Shown here piece after piece: positions 24,760 through 34,072 of a stretch of DNA of 39,789 nt (position 1 is the stretch's first letter; every line of letters begins with the position of its first letter). This stretch comes from Armatimonadota bacterium (GTDB lineage Bacteria > Armatimonadota > Abditibacteriia > CG2-30-59-28): assembly GCA_016199605.1 (NCBI GenBank), contig JACQGJ010000414.1:1-39789 (forward strand), in the 5' to 3' direction. Under the pieces are notes generated by a model. That model was not told the DNA's origin. It ran no database searches and saw nothing but the letters and a program-made list of their open reading frames with translations. Made by a program: the position numbers and the translations under genes.

Positions 24760-26052
24760 ATGCATCAGCGATCGCTTATAACTCAAGCCTTTCCAGCGTT
24801 GACGTCTGACGCTCGCCTCCTCTTCACCACTCGCGTCGCCCGGCTGTTTGCCTACGGCTTTCTGTCGGTCGTGCTCGTGCTCTACCTCGCCGAGGTGGGA
24901 TTGAGTGAGGCGCGGATTGGGGTGTTGCTCACCCTCACTCTCATCGGCGATACGGCCATCTCGTTGTGGATGACGACAAACGCCGACCGGATCGGCAGAC
25001 GCAAGATGCTCCTTGTCGGGGCGGGACTGATGCTGTTCGCCGGAGTGCTGTTCGCTCTCACCGGCAACTTCCTCCTTCTGGTGATAGCGGCAACTATCGG
25101 CGTCATCAGTCCCAGCGGCAATGAAGTCGGTCCGTTCCTATCCATCGAGCAGGCGGCGCTGTCGCAGACCGCTTCCGGCGAGCAGCGGACGCACGTATTC
25201 GCCTGGTATAATCTCGTCGGCTCCTTCGCCACTGCAGTCGGTTCTCTCGCGGGCGGGTCGCTCACTCAGCTCCTGCATTCCTCCGGGATAACTTCTTTGA
25301 ACAGCTACCGTGCGCCGGTGATCGGCTATGCCGCGGTCGGTATTCTGCTGGCGGCGTTGTTCGCTCGCCTCTCGCCCGCGGTGGAGGCTCCCGCGACCAA
25401 TCATCCGCCCGACTTCAAGACCCGGTTCGGGCTGCACCGGTCGCGCGGCGTGGTGTTCCGTCTGTCGGGGCTGTTCGCGCTGGACGCCTTTGCGGGAGGC
25501 TTTGTGTTGCAGAGCATGGTTGCCTACTGGTTCCACGTCCGCTTTGGCGTGGAACCCGCGGTGCTGGGGAGCATCTTCTTCGGGGCGAATGTCCTGGCAG
25601 GACTATCGGGGTTGGCGGCGGCGCGCATCGCCGCTCGCATCGGTCTCATCAACACGATGGTCTTCACCCACGTCCCGTCCAACGTGCTCCTGATCCTGGT
25701 TCCGCTGATGCCGAACCTTCCGCTGGCAATACTGGTGTTGCTGCTGCGGTTCAGCATTTCGCAGATGGACGTGCCGACACGCCAGTCCTACACGATGGCG
25801 GTGGTGGATCCTGATGAACGCTCCGCCGCCGCAGGCGTGACTGGTGTGGCTCGCACGACCGGAGCGGCGCTGTCTCCGATCATTGCCGGACCGCTGTTCG
25901 GTAACGCCGCCCTGCTGAGCGTTCCGTTCTTCCTGGCGGGGGGACTGAAGATCGTCTACGACCTGATGCTGTACCGCAACTTCCGCGCCCACAAGCCACC
26001 GGAGGAGGGGGGCCGTCTTTCGAGTCCGGACTTTGCGAAGGAGGACAGGTGA
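24760..26052 (+). CDS. MFS transporter
   Basis: 430 aa with repeated TM helices and the loop 2-3 motif NADRIGRRKML typical of the major facilitator superfamily. Confidence 0.85.
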   Translation: MHQRSLITQAFPALTSDARLLFTTRVARLFAYGFLSVVLVLYLAEVGLSEARIGVLLTLTLIGDTAISLWMTTNADRIGRRKMLLVGAGLMLFAGVLFALTGNFLLLVIAATIGVISPSGNEVGPFLSIEQAALSQTASGEQRTHVFAWYNLVGSFATAVGSLAGGSLTQLLHSSGITSLNSYRAPVIGYAAVGILLAALFARLSPAVEAPATNHPPDFKTRFGLHRSRGVVFRLSGLFALDAFAGGFVLQSMVAYWFHVRFGVEPAVLGSIFFGANVLAGLSGLAAARIAARIGLINTMVFTHVPSNVLLILVPLMPNLPLAILVLLLRFSISQMDVPTRQSYTMAVVDPDERSAAAGVTGVARTTGAALSPIIAGPLFGNAALLSVPFFLAGGLKIVYDLMLYRNFRAHKPPEEGGRLSSPDFAKEDR

Positions 26053-26196
26053 CGAATGTACTCAACCGAGGGTGGGCCGCGATTCCTCCTTGCAGCAGCA
26101 AGTCACTACCTTGCATTGCCTACGGGACAGGAACTACCTCGGCTAAAGACCTGCGACTAACCAGGCTTCTCCTGCGGTTTGAGCTGCGCCCGGCCT

Positions 26197-27387
26197 TCAT
26201 TTAATGACAACGATTGCCGTCTGCGGATTGAAGTCCTCCACCGAGACGAGATGCGGGTGCTGCAATCCTTGAGTCAACTTGCTGACCCGCTGCGGGACAT
26301 ACATCTCCAATTCGGGCAGTGTGACCACACCGTCTTGATTAGCATCTGCCGACCCCCTGAAGGCTTCCATCAGTGCAAGGGCAAACTGACTGTACCCCGC
26401 CCCGCCGTTCTCGGAGGACAACTCATCCCCTCTCGTCGCTGTGAGCAGGGCGATACCGGTATTTCTCATCGCTTGCGCGAGTTGCTCGCTGGTTGCCTGT
26501 CTGTCACCTAATCTCGCCCCTGCATGGCAGGCGTCGGCAAACAGGAGTTTCTTTGCGTAGATGCCGGTTAGCGTGTCGACCACTTGCTGCCACGCCACGC
26601 AAGTTCCCTCGATATCGTTGACCACCAATCCGCAAGGAGCGAGGTAGAGCTTGCCTTCCCTTTCCACTCCATGCGCGGAAAGGAATACCATGATCGTGTC
26701 CGAAGATTTCGCATCTTTGAGTTTGGCGAGGGCTTCCATGATGTTGGACTTGGTGGCTTTCGCGTCGGTCAGCACCATCGCGTGAACTCTGGTATACTGT
26801 TTGCCTTCCTGCTGTTGCATCAGAACGGCAAGCGCCTCTGCGTCTGTGGCAGCACAGGCAATGTCGTAGCGTAGGTTGCGGTGTTTGCTGATACCGACAC
26901 ACAGGAGGTGAAGATCGCTCGATATGGGCGTCACCTTCGCGTGGAGGACCTTGATCGTGACGTTGGTATCGTTGCCGTCGTCGTCACATACCGACGCACG
27001 GATCAGAATCTCCTTCTCCCCTTGGGGCAGTGGCACGTCAGTTACAAACTGGCGCCTAATCTTGTGTCCCGGGGGTACGTCCCTCGAGCTGGCAAGGATC
27101 GGCTTGGAGGGTGCGGTGATTGGCCTTGCGACGGACTCCGGGACAGGAATCCCGTTGACGAACAGTTTGAGCGCCTTTACACCTTTGTCGTCCGTCGCCT
27201 CAACCAGCACCCGCACCGTGCCTCCTGTGACCGCTTCATCGGGCTTGGGATTCAGAATCCTGCACGCGGGGGCAAGGCCACTTCCTTTTGGTTTCTCACC
27301 TTCTTGACCAAAGGCCGCCCGAAAAGCCCAAGCCAGCAGCACAACCACTGCCACCGATATCACCGCGAAAGTGCAATGATTCTTCAT
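26197..27387 (-). CDS. exported Ig-like + caspase-family (peptidase C14) protein
   Basis: GGAAGGAGGG lies 7 nt upstream of the ATG. Signal-like N-terminus (FAVISVAVVVLLAWAFRAAFG-QE). Ig-like segment (VRVLVEATDDKGVKALKLFVNG). Caspase fold with His in FLSAHG (codon 26673-26671) and Cys in FADACHAG (codon 26529-26527). EF-hand-type loop DANQDGVVTLPE. Confidence 0.85.
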   Translation of the reverse strand: MKNHCTFAVISVAVVVLLAWAFRAAFGQEGEKPKGSGLAPACRILNPKPDEAVTGGTVRVLVEATDDKGVKALKLFVNGIPVPESVARPITAPSKPILASSRDVPPGHKIRRQFVTDVPLPQGEKEILIRASVCDDDGNDTNVTIKVLHAKVTPISSDLHLLCVGISKHRNLRYDIACAATDAEALAVLMQQQEGKQYTRVHAMVLTDAKATKSNIMEALAKLKDAKSSDTIMVFLSAHGVEREGKLYLAPCGLVVNDIEGTCVAWQQVVDTLTGIYAKKLLFADACHAGARLGDRQATSEQLAQAMRNTGIALLTATRGDELSSENGGAGYSQFALALMEAFRGSADANQDGVVTLPELEMYVPQRVSKLTQGLQHPHLVSVEDFNPQTAIVVIK

Positions 27388-27449
27388 TAATGAACCCTCC
27401 TTCCTTTCATCACCTTGTCATTCCGTCATCTCTCATTCGATCATCTCGG

Positions 27450-30400
27450 TCAGTTCACCCTCACCAGCGTCGTCTCCGGGTTGAAGTCTCTGACGGAGAC
27501 GATGTGCGGGTGCTGAGCACCTTTTGTCACCTCGGTCACTCGCTTCGGTGCATAATTCAGGAGCTCGGACAACGTAACTCCGCCATCACTGTTGGTGTCA
27601 GCCTTGCCCCACAGGGCTTCCAGCAGCCCTACCGTGAAAGCCCCATGACCGAGCTCCTTCTCCTCGAAGGAAAACTCCTCCCCTTGCGACGAGGCAATGA
27701 GGGCGACGCCCGACCGCCGTGTCGCTTCCACCATCTGCTCACTCGTCGCCTGCCGCTCGCCTAACTTCGCTCCAGAATGACACGCATCGGCAAACAGCAA
27801 CTTCTTCGCGTAGATGTTCGACAGCGTCGCCAGCACTTCCTCCCACGGGAGGCAGGTGCTGGCGAGGGCGTCCGTGGAGACTTCGTGCGTCGCAAAGTAG
27901 AATTTGCCCCGCGCCTCGCCAGGAATGGATTTCCCGTTGGAGGAGACGGCAGTGCTCTGCACGCCGTGACCGGAGAGAAACACCATCACGGTGTCGGCTG
28001 GGGTGGCAGACTTCAACTCGCCCAGGGCGTCGCGGATATTCTCCTTGGTTGCTCTGTCGTCAGTCAAGAGGGTCGTATGGACCTTGGAGTATCGTTTCCC
28101 CTCCTGCGCTTTCATCACCTCGGCAATCGACTCCGCATCCTGAGCGGCGAAGGAGAGGTTGTAATCGTGATTGCGATATCTGTTCACGCCGACACAGAGA
28201 ACATACAGTTTGCCCAGCATCGGCTTCTCGTTCGGGCGGTGAATCGTGACCACTGCGTCCGACTTGTTCAGCTCGTCATCATAGACCACTGCTCGGATCA
28301 GACACTCCTTTTCACCCGGGGGTAGAGATAGATTGGCCGTGAAAGTGCGCATCACCTTATGGTTTTCCCGGATGTTCACCGCCCCATCGAGAATCGGTTT
28401 GATCTCTCCTCCCTCCGGCCTGGTGACAGATTCAGGCACGAGAACACCGTTCACGTACAGCTTCAATTCGGTCACCGTCTTGTCGTCCGTCGCCTCAACA
28501 CTCACCTTCACGGAATTGCCTGAGAGTTTTTCCTCCCCCTTTGGACTTACGAACCGGCACCCCGGCGCAATCCGCGCTAACGTTAGCGGCTCCTCCGTAA
28601 TCGCCTCCCCTCGCAACGCCTTTCGAGCAAGGTCGGGGCGACGGAAGGTCTCCTCAAACCGCCAGAAGGGCACAAGCTCATTGCCAAAGCGCCATTTGAA
28701 AAGGTTGTCCGCTCCTTCAGAGCAAGTGTAGTAACCCTCTGGGGTGAAAAACACCCAGAACCGCTGGGGTCCGTAAGGTCCAGCGGGCGCGGGTATCCCC
28801 ATGAGGGTACCCAGAAGACGGCGGCGTTCCACATCCCATACACCAAGGGCGCCGTCGGAGTTGCCAATGAGAACTCGCCGCCCGTCCGCAGAGAAGGAGA
28901 GCCAATTGGGGCGATCTCCCTGGACTTTGAGGGACGCCTTTTCCTCCCCGGTCTCAACATCCCAAAACCTGATGGTGTTGTCCCAGCTCGCAGTTGCGAC
29001 CATTCGACTTTTTGGTGAGAAACAGGCGGTGGCTGCCTGGTCCAACGGATTGCCAAGGGATCGCGTAGGTTCACCGGTGGCCGGGTCCCACAGCTTCGCG
29101 CCGCCAAGACCGGCGGTCAACACCCACCGCCCGTCCGGGGAGAAGCAACAGGTGGAATAGAGACCCACTATCGGGTCTCGCTCCAAGGTCTTGAGGAGTT
29201 CTCCCGTCTGCGCATTCCAGAGGTTAACCTCGCCGCCACGGACTCCTCCTTGTTGAAGCCCCGCGGAACTCACGAGACGTTGGCTGTCCGGCGAGAACGC
29301 CAAACCCGTGATCCGGTTTGTGTGACCGCGCAACGTATGCCGGAGCTGGCCCGTCGAGGTGTCCCACAGCCGGATCTCCAGCGTGTTGCGCCTCTCCTCG
29401 AAGTCTCCCCCCACCCCGCCGCACACGGCAGCGAAGGCGCGACCGTCGGGTGAGTAGGCAACCAATCCGACGTCGTGCCCGCATTCCCGGAAAGTACGCT
29501 CATGCTCGCCGGTTGCCGCATTCCAGAAAAGGACCTCTCCGTTGAAGTTGTCAGGCCGGTCGAGGAGCACAGAGCCTGCGATAGTCTTCCCATCCGGCGA
29601 AACGGTTACAGCGATGAGGCGCCTGTCTGGAGGCTGCACCAGTGGACACAGCCCCTGGCCGCGCACAACATCCCACACCAACCCCCCTCCGAGCGCGCTG
29701 CCTGTCACCAGGCGCTGCTCGGCCGGGAACAATGCGGGTGCGCACACTTCTGAGTTCTGGGCCTTGAACGCGGGACGGACGGAGCCCTCGCCAACCTCCC
29801 ATATCGCTCTCCCGGGGGCGGGACAAGAGAACGCCTCACCACCCCCGGTGGTCAGCCAGCGTCCGCGGGGTGAGAAGGCCAGGGTGCCTACGTCGCGTCG
29901 TGGACGAGCGACCTGTCCCAGCAACCTCCCGCTTTGGAGGTCCCAAAGGCGGACCACCCCGGACTTCTCGTGCTCACCCCTGAAAAGATGGCTCGCGGCC
30001 AGCAACCCCCCATCGCTGCTAACTGCCATCGAGAGGTGTGTAGTCTCCAGCGCTCCGGGATCCTCCGCCTGCAAGGAGTGAAGCTGGTTACCCGAAGCAG
30101 CGTCATAGATGCGAACAGCCGTCGAGAGGTATAGAGCAGCCATCAGGCGTGAGCCGTCGGGACTGACTGCAACCTGGGCGACGCCTTCTGAGATCGGCGT
30201 GCTCGGCCTCCGCAGATCGGCCGTGGTGACATCCCATACGCTTAACCCCCCTCCCTGCCGCCGACCGCGGGGCTGATTGCTGCACGCGACATAGAGCGTC
30301 TTCCCGTCGGGGGAGAAGGCAAGGCTGTCCACCGGCCCCGGATGGCCACTCAAAGACTTTAGAGGCTTCCATAGAGTCGCGTCCCACAGTGTGACCGTAG

Positions 30401-30890
30401 CGTCCCCGCCGCCACTGGCCAGGAGCCGTCCGTCAGGCGACCACGCCAAGGCGAAGATGCCAAAGGGAAAGTGGCGCTGTAGGGCATGGAGTTGATCACC
30501 TGTCCGGGGGTCCCATAGCCGGAGGGTGCTGTCCAACGGCCCTCCGGCACTGGCAAGGGTCTTTCCATCGGGCGAAAAGGCCACCGCCATCACCCGGTCG
30601 CGATGGCCCGCGAGCGTGCGAAGCAACTCGCCCGTCTCGCCAACCCACAGCTTTACCGACTGGTCCTTGCTCACACTCGCCAAAAGCCGACCATCGGGGG
30701 AGTAGGAAAGCGCGTTGACGACATCGCTGTGCCCCACCTGCAGGGCCAACTCAGGACGATCCTTGGGGAGGGAGTCAGGCGCATCGGCGGCATGGCTGGT
30801 CGGCCTGAGGAATGCAACCACCTCCAACGCAAACCACACAAGGAGAGACACTATCATCCGTCCAGCAGTCGTCCGGCAGGTGAGTGACAC
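27450..30890 (-). CDS. exported WD40 (14 blades) - Ig-like - caspase-family (peptidase C14) protein
   Basis: GTG 30890 has GGAGG 7 nt upstream, inside the 16-nt gap after the pseudopilin stop. N-terminal RMIVSLLVWFALEVVAFLRPTSHA-AD is signal-like. Fourteen units of ..SPDG..L.....D..++LWD.. occupy aa ~45-700 (nt ~28791-30758). An Ig-like segment covers aa ~775-890. In the C14 domain (aa ~894-1146), His is in FLSGHG (27968-27966) and Cys in FADACHSG (27782-27780). Confidence 0.9.
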   Translation of the reverse strand: MSLTCRTTAGRMIVSLLVWFALEVVAFLRPTSHAADAPDSLPKDRPELALQVGHSDVVNALSYSPDGRLLASVSKDQSVKLWVGETGELLRTLAGHRDRVMAVAFSPDGKTLASAGGPLDSTLRLWDPRTGDQLHALQRHFPFGIFALAWSPDGRLLASGGGDATVTLWDATLWKPLKSLSGHPGPVDSLAFSPDGKTLYVACSNQPRGRRQGGGLSVWDVTTADLRRPSTPISEGVAQVAVSPDGSRLMAALYLSTAVRIYDAASGNQLHSLQAEDPGALETTHLSMAVSSDGGLLAASHLFRGEHEKSGVVRLWDLQSGRLLGQVARPRRDVGTLAFSPRGRWLTTGGGEAFSCPAPGRAIWEVGEGSVRPAFKAQNSEVCAPALFPAEQRLVTGSALGGGLVWDVVRGQGLCPLVQPPDRRLIAVTVSPDGKTIAGSVLLDRPDNFNGEVLFWNAATGEHERTFRECGHDVGLVAYSPDGRAFAAVCGGVGGDFEERRNTLEIRLWDTSTGQLRHTLRGHTNRITGLAFSPDSQRLVSSAGLQQGGVRGGEVNLWNAQTGELLKTLERDPIVGLYSTCCFSPDGRWVLTAGLGGAKLWDPATGEPTRSLGNPLDQAATACFSPKSRMVATASWDNTIRFWDVETGEEKASLKVQGDRPNWLSFSADGRRVLIGNSDGALGVWDVERRRLLGTLMGIPAPAGPYGPQRFWVFFTPEGYYTCSEGADNLFKWRFGNELVPFWRFEETFRRPDLARKALRGEAITEEPLTLARIAPGCRFVSPKGEEKLSGNSVKVSVEATDDKTVTELKLYVNGVLVPESVTRPEGGEIKPILDGAVNIRENHKVMRTFTANLSLPPGEKECLIRAVVYDDELNKSDAVVTIHRPNEKPMLGKLYVLCVGVNRYRNHDYNLSFAAQDAESIAEVMKAQEGKRYSKVHTTLLTDDRATKENIRDALGELKSATPADTVMVFLSGHGVQSTAVSSNGKSIPGEARGKFYFATHEVSTDALASTCLPWEEVLATLSNIYAKKLLFADACHSGAKLGERQATSEQMVEATRRSGVALIASSQGEEFSFEEKELGHGAFTVGLLEALWGKADTNSDGGVTLSELLNYAPKRVTEVTKGAQHPHIVSVRDFNPETTLVRVN

Positions 30891-30906
30891 AGGTCAACCT
30901 CCACAC

Positions 30907-31593
30907 TTACCCAGAGCTGTCCCATCGGTGCCCAAGATCCGTTGGCTGCGAGGTCGGATCGTCATCCCGGTCGAACCACCCGGGATCATTGCTGACGCCT
31001 CGCCCCGTGAAGCCTCGATAGGCCTTCACATGTCCATCCACCCACAACGCATTGACCATCCGCACGCCGGGGTTGTTGTTCCAGAATCCCGCCCGGTTCA
31101 GATGCCAGTCATGCAACTCATGAATGATGATTTGTTCCGCGGGGCGACAGAAATCACCGTCCGTTGGTCCACCGTTGTTGTATAGGGAGTAGTAGTCAAT
31201 CACCGCGCGCCATGCGTAGGACACGAGGGCATTTGGATCGCTGACGTTGTGGGGGGCTGGATCGCTCGGGCACCAGTAGAGGAGGGCATTTTTCATGTAG
31301 GAGACGAGCAACGAGGGGTAGCCCCTCAATCTGATCCCGTAAGTAGGTTCCACGTACCAGGGCGTAGTGGTCGAGCCCGTCAGCAGCGAACTCGGGTAGA
31401 CGTCGTCGTAGTCGTCCACATACATGGCAAGGGCCAGCCCGATCTGCTTCATATTGGACAGGCACACGGCGGAGCGCGCCTTCTCTCGCGCCCTCGCGAA
31501 CACCGGGAACAGAATCGCCGCAAGAATCGCGATGATTGCGATTACCACCAGAAGCTCAATCAATGTGAAGCCGCCACGTCTCATTTGCCTCAT
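30907..31593 (-). CDS. prepilin-type N-terminal cleavage/methylation-domain pseudopilin (DUF1559-like)
   Basis: [40 protein letters not shown]... The C-terminal ..[11 protein letters not shown] keeps the DG but lacks the His of H-X9-DG. An alternative ATG at 31584 has better SD spacing. Confidence 0.85.
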   Translation of the reverse strand: MRQMRRGGFTLIELLVVIAIIAILAAILFPVFARAREKARSAVCLSNMKQIGLALAMYVDDYDDVYPSSLLTGSTTTPWYVEPTYGIRLRGYPSLLVSYMKNALLYWCPSDPAPHNVSDPNALVSYAWRAVIDYYSLYNNGGPTDGDFCRPAEQIIIHELHDWHLNRAGFWNNNPGVRMVNALWVDGHVKAYRGFTGRGVSNDPGWFDRDDDPTSQPTDLGHRWDSSG

Positions 31594-31599
31594 CCCTTC

Positions 31600-32250
31600 T
31601 TATTGTCCGGTTACACTCCACATGCACTTGCCCGTCTTGCAGATCACGGCCCCGGGCTTCAGCCACTTGACGTGGCCATCGAAGAAGCAGTAGTTGGCGC
31701 CACGATTATGCCGCGTCGCCGCCTCAGCGCCTTCGCGGTCCAGACCATGTTCATTGGGTCCCCACCAAAGCCACGCGCCGTATTCGCCCTCAGAGAGCCA
31801 GATGCACTCGCTGGGGTACTCGATGAGGGTCTCGTTGTAGATCCAGAAGCTGGGGTCCGGCGGGCCCGGGTCTCCGTGTACAGCGTTCATACAGTAGCTC
31901 GAGCCCTGGTATTGGGTCGGGTCGGAACTGAGGTCGAAGCCGCCGCTGAAGGGGCTATCGGGCTTGTGGCTGGGGCACCGGAAGATCTGGGTGTTCTTGC
32001 AGTAGGGCAGCACTGCCGAACGCCAGCTATAGTTCATGGGTTCGGCACCGTACCCCCCAACGAGCAGGGCTTCATAGTCTTGGGCATAGGCCATCGTCGC
32101 CAACCCAAGTTGCTTGAGGTTGGAGAGGCAACTCGCTTGCCGTGCCTTCTCTCGCGCCCTCGCGAACACCGGGAACAGAATCGCCGCCAGGATCGCGATG
32201 ATCGCGATCACCACCAACAACTCGATCAACGTGAAACCGCGTGTACGCAT
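31600..32250 (-). CDS. prepilin-type pseudopilin, H-X9-DG family
   Basis: [49 protein letters not shown].. and C-terminal [20 protein letters not shown]. Confidence 0.87.
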   Translation of the reverse strand: MRTRGFTLIELLVVIAIIAILAAILFPVFARAREKARQASCLSNLKQLGLATMAYAQDYEALLVGGYGAEPMNYSWRSAVLPYCKNTQIFRCPSHKPDSPFSGGFDLSSDPTQYQGSSYCMNAVHGDPGPPDPSFWIYNETLIEYPSECIWLSEGEYGAWLWWGPNEHGLDREGAEAATRHNRGANYCFFDGHVKWLKPGAVICKTGKCMWSVTGQ

Positions 32251-32273
32251 GACAGTTCCTCACTTTCCGCGCG

Positions 32274-32972
32274 TTAGCCGCCCTCAATCGCCCACCAACA
32301 CTCCCCGCTCTGGCACTTGATTCCCCCGGCCTTGAGCCACTTCACGTGGCCGTCACAGAAGCCGAAGTTCCCGCCCTCGTTGTGCCGGGCCACGCCGTTG
32401 TTCGCCGTGGGAGCGGCTCCGAAGACAAAACCGTGGCTATTGTCCACGCCGGGGGGACCGAAAGAGTGATACCCGTCCGTCTCTCCGAGGAAGATGCACT
32501 GGGCCGGCATCTCGATGGCCCCGAGTGCCTGGCCGCCAGTGGGCGTCGGCGCTCCCGCCAGTTGGTGGACGATGCTCTGACCATACCCGGCGTTTGAGCC
32601 GTAATCCATGTCGCCTTCGCCAGGGCCTGAGCCCCTGCCGAAGATCGTCTGCGATGCCGGGAACCGCTTGCTGGGACAGAAGTAGATCCCGGTATTATTG
32701 ACATAGGGCAGGATGGCGATACGCCAGGTGTAATCTCCCCACGTCTGCGAACCGTACGGGGCGCCCGCGTCATACCACTCCATGGGCAGCAGTTCGTCAT
32801 AGTCCTGTGCATAGGACAGCACCGCGACCAGAAGCTGCTTCTCATTGGCCAGACAACTCGTCTGCCTTGCCTTCTCCCGCGCCTTGGCAAAGACGGGAAA
32901 GAGGATCGCCGCCAGAATGGCGATGATCGCGATCACCACCAGAAGCTCAATCAGCGTGAAGCCGCGCTTTAT
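32274..32972 (-). CDS. prepilin-type pseudopilin, H-X9-DG family, without a canonical start codon for its leader
   Basis: The track ORF starts at GTG 32939, inside the hydrophobic helix (MVIAIIAIL..). The same frame is open upstream to TGA 32990-32988 and encodes ..(I)[12 protein letters not shown]... The only start-like codon before the GFTLIE motif is ATA 32972-32970, 9 nt after AAGGAGG. C-terminal [19 protein letters not shown]. Confidence 0.65.
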   Translation of the reverse strand: MKRGFTLIELLVVIAIIAILAAILFPVFAKAREKARQTSCLANEKQLLVAVLSYAQDYDELLPMEWYDAGAPYGSQTWGDYTWRIAILPYVNNTGIYFCPSKRFPASQTIFGRGSGPGEGDMDYGSNAGYGQSIVHQLAGAPTPTGGQALGAIEMPAQCIFLGETDGYHSFGPPGVDNSHGFVFGAAPTANNGVARHNEGGNFGFCDGHVKWLKAGGIKCQSGECWWAIEGG

Positions 32973-33033
32973 CTTGTCATCCCTCCTTCAGGATTCAGCG
33001 ACACACCACGGCCGCCCGCCCGGCCGGCCGCCA

Positions 33034-33672
33034 TCAGTCCTCCGCTGCGGTGAACCAGCTCGTCTTGCCGACCATGGACGCCAGCTTGTACCACTTGGCA
33101 TGACCATCCACGAAGGCGTAGTTGCTGCCCTCATTGTGCCTGGAACTGATGGGGATGATCTGTTGGGCTGCGTCATAGAAGTACGGCTCATAGATCTGGA
33201 AGGGGACCCACTGCGGGTTCAGTTCGGCGATCATGACCGTCATCGTCGGCTCTGCCACGTCGCCCAGCCCAATCGTGGGGAGTTCAGGATGCAGGTAGCC
33301 ACACCCCATCCCGCTCACCTTGGGCCAGTACCAACTCCCGACGTTCCAGCCGTAGCTGAGCACCAGACCGCCTCGGGAGTCCGAGGGACAGCGGAACACG
33401 TGGGCGTTCTTTGCGTAGGGTTGCACCACGTCGGCCCAGGACTCCCAGGAGGATGGGCCCAACGCGCGCAGACAGACCCGGGGCAGCGTGTCCTCGTAGT
33501 CCTCGGCGTACATCAGCACCGCAAGGGTAACCTGCTTGACGTTGGACAAGCACACGGTCTGCCTTGCCTTCTCCCGCGCCCTCGCGAAGACAGGAAACAG
33601 AATCGCTGCAAGGATCGTGATGATTGCGATCACAATCAGCAATTCGATAAGCGTGAAACCCCTACGAGCCAT
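33034..33672 (-). CDS. prepilin-type pseudopilin, H-X9-DG family
   Basis: ATG 33672 (GGAGGA 7 nt upstream) gives [48 protein letters not shown]... C-terminal [19 protein letters not shown]. The track start, TTG 33690, is less likely. Confidence 0.87.
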   Translation of the reverse strand: MARRGFTLIELLIVIAIITILAAILFPVFARAREKARQTVCLSNVKQVTLAVLMYAEDYEDTLPRVCLRALGPSSWESWADVVQPYAKNAHVFRCPSDSRGGLVLSYGWNVGSWYWPKVSGMGCGYLHPELPTIGLGDVAEPTMTVMIAELNPQWVPFQIYEPYFYDAAQQIIPISSRHNEGSNYAFVDGHAKWYKLASMVGKTSWFTAAED

Positions 33673-34043
33673 CGGCCTTTCCTCCACCAAATCCGAGGAT
33701 TGAACCTGTAAAGGAATTCAGCGGCGGTCAACCGACCGTCCTGCCCGTTGGTGTCACCGACGGGATCAATCCTCGCAGTATACACGCTTTGAAGCAGTCT
33801 ACTTCAAATGACTGCAGTCGAATGGGACTGCTTCCCTGTGGTTGGCGATAGCAGGCTTGGCAATGGTGCGAGCCGTGGCAGAATTGATGGCATCCATCAG
33901 GGCTCTGCGACCCGATCAGTTTGAGACGTCGTGCAAGCGCCAGCTACTCGGATATATGACCATTTCGTGGCGTGATTATGCTGGATTCCAGTGAATCTGT
34001 CAAAAGGATATCTGAGGAGGAATTGCGTTAGTTCTGATTCTGA

Positions 34044-34072
34044 TTGCTTCCGGTTGGGAATGCTGATATACT
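34044..34072 (+). promoter_or_regulatory. sigma70-like promoter candidate for the cyclase-STAND gene
   Basis: TTGCTT (34044-34049), a 17-nt spacer, then TATACT (34067-34072), within an AT-richer intergenic region about 55 nt upstream of ATG 34127. Confidence 0.3.

Noticed and set aside
26053-26196. Convergent gap between the MFS gene and the caspase gene (and 36749..36844), examined for bidirectional terminators
   Set aside because: I could not find a convincing GC-rich stem followed by a T-tract on either strand, so no terminator is called.
31249-33711. Plus-strand ORFs 31249..32277 and 32845..33711 containing a repeated ..[20 protein letters not shown].. motif
   Set aside because: The repeated peptide is simply the reverse-complement reading of the conserved pseudopilin N-terminal helix, so it is not an independent repeat protein.
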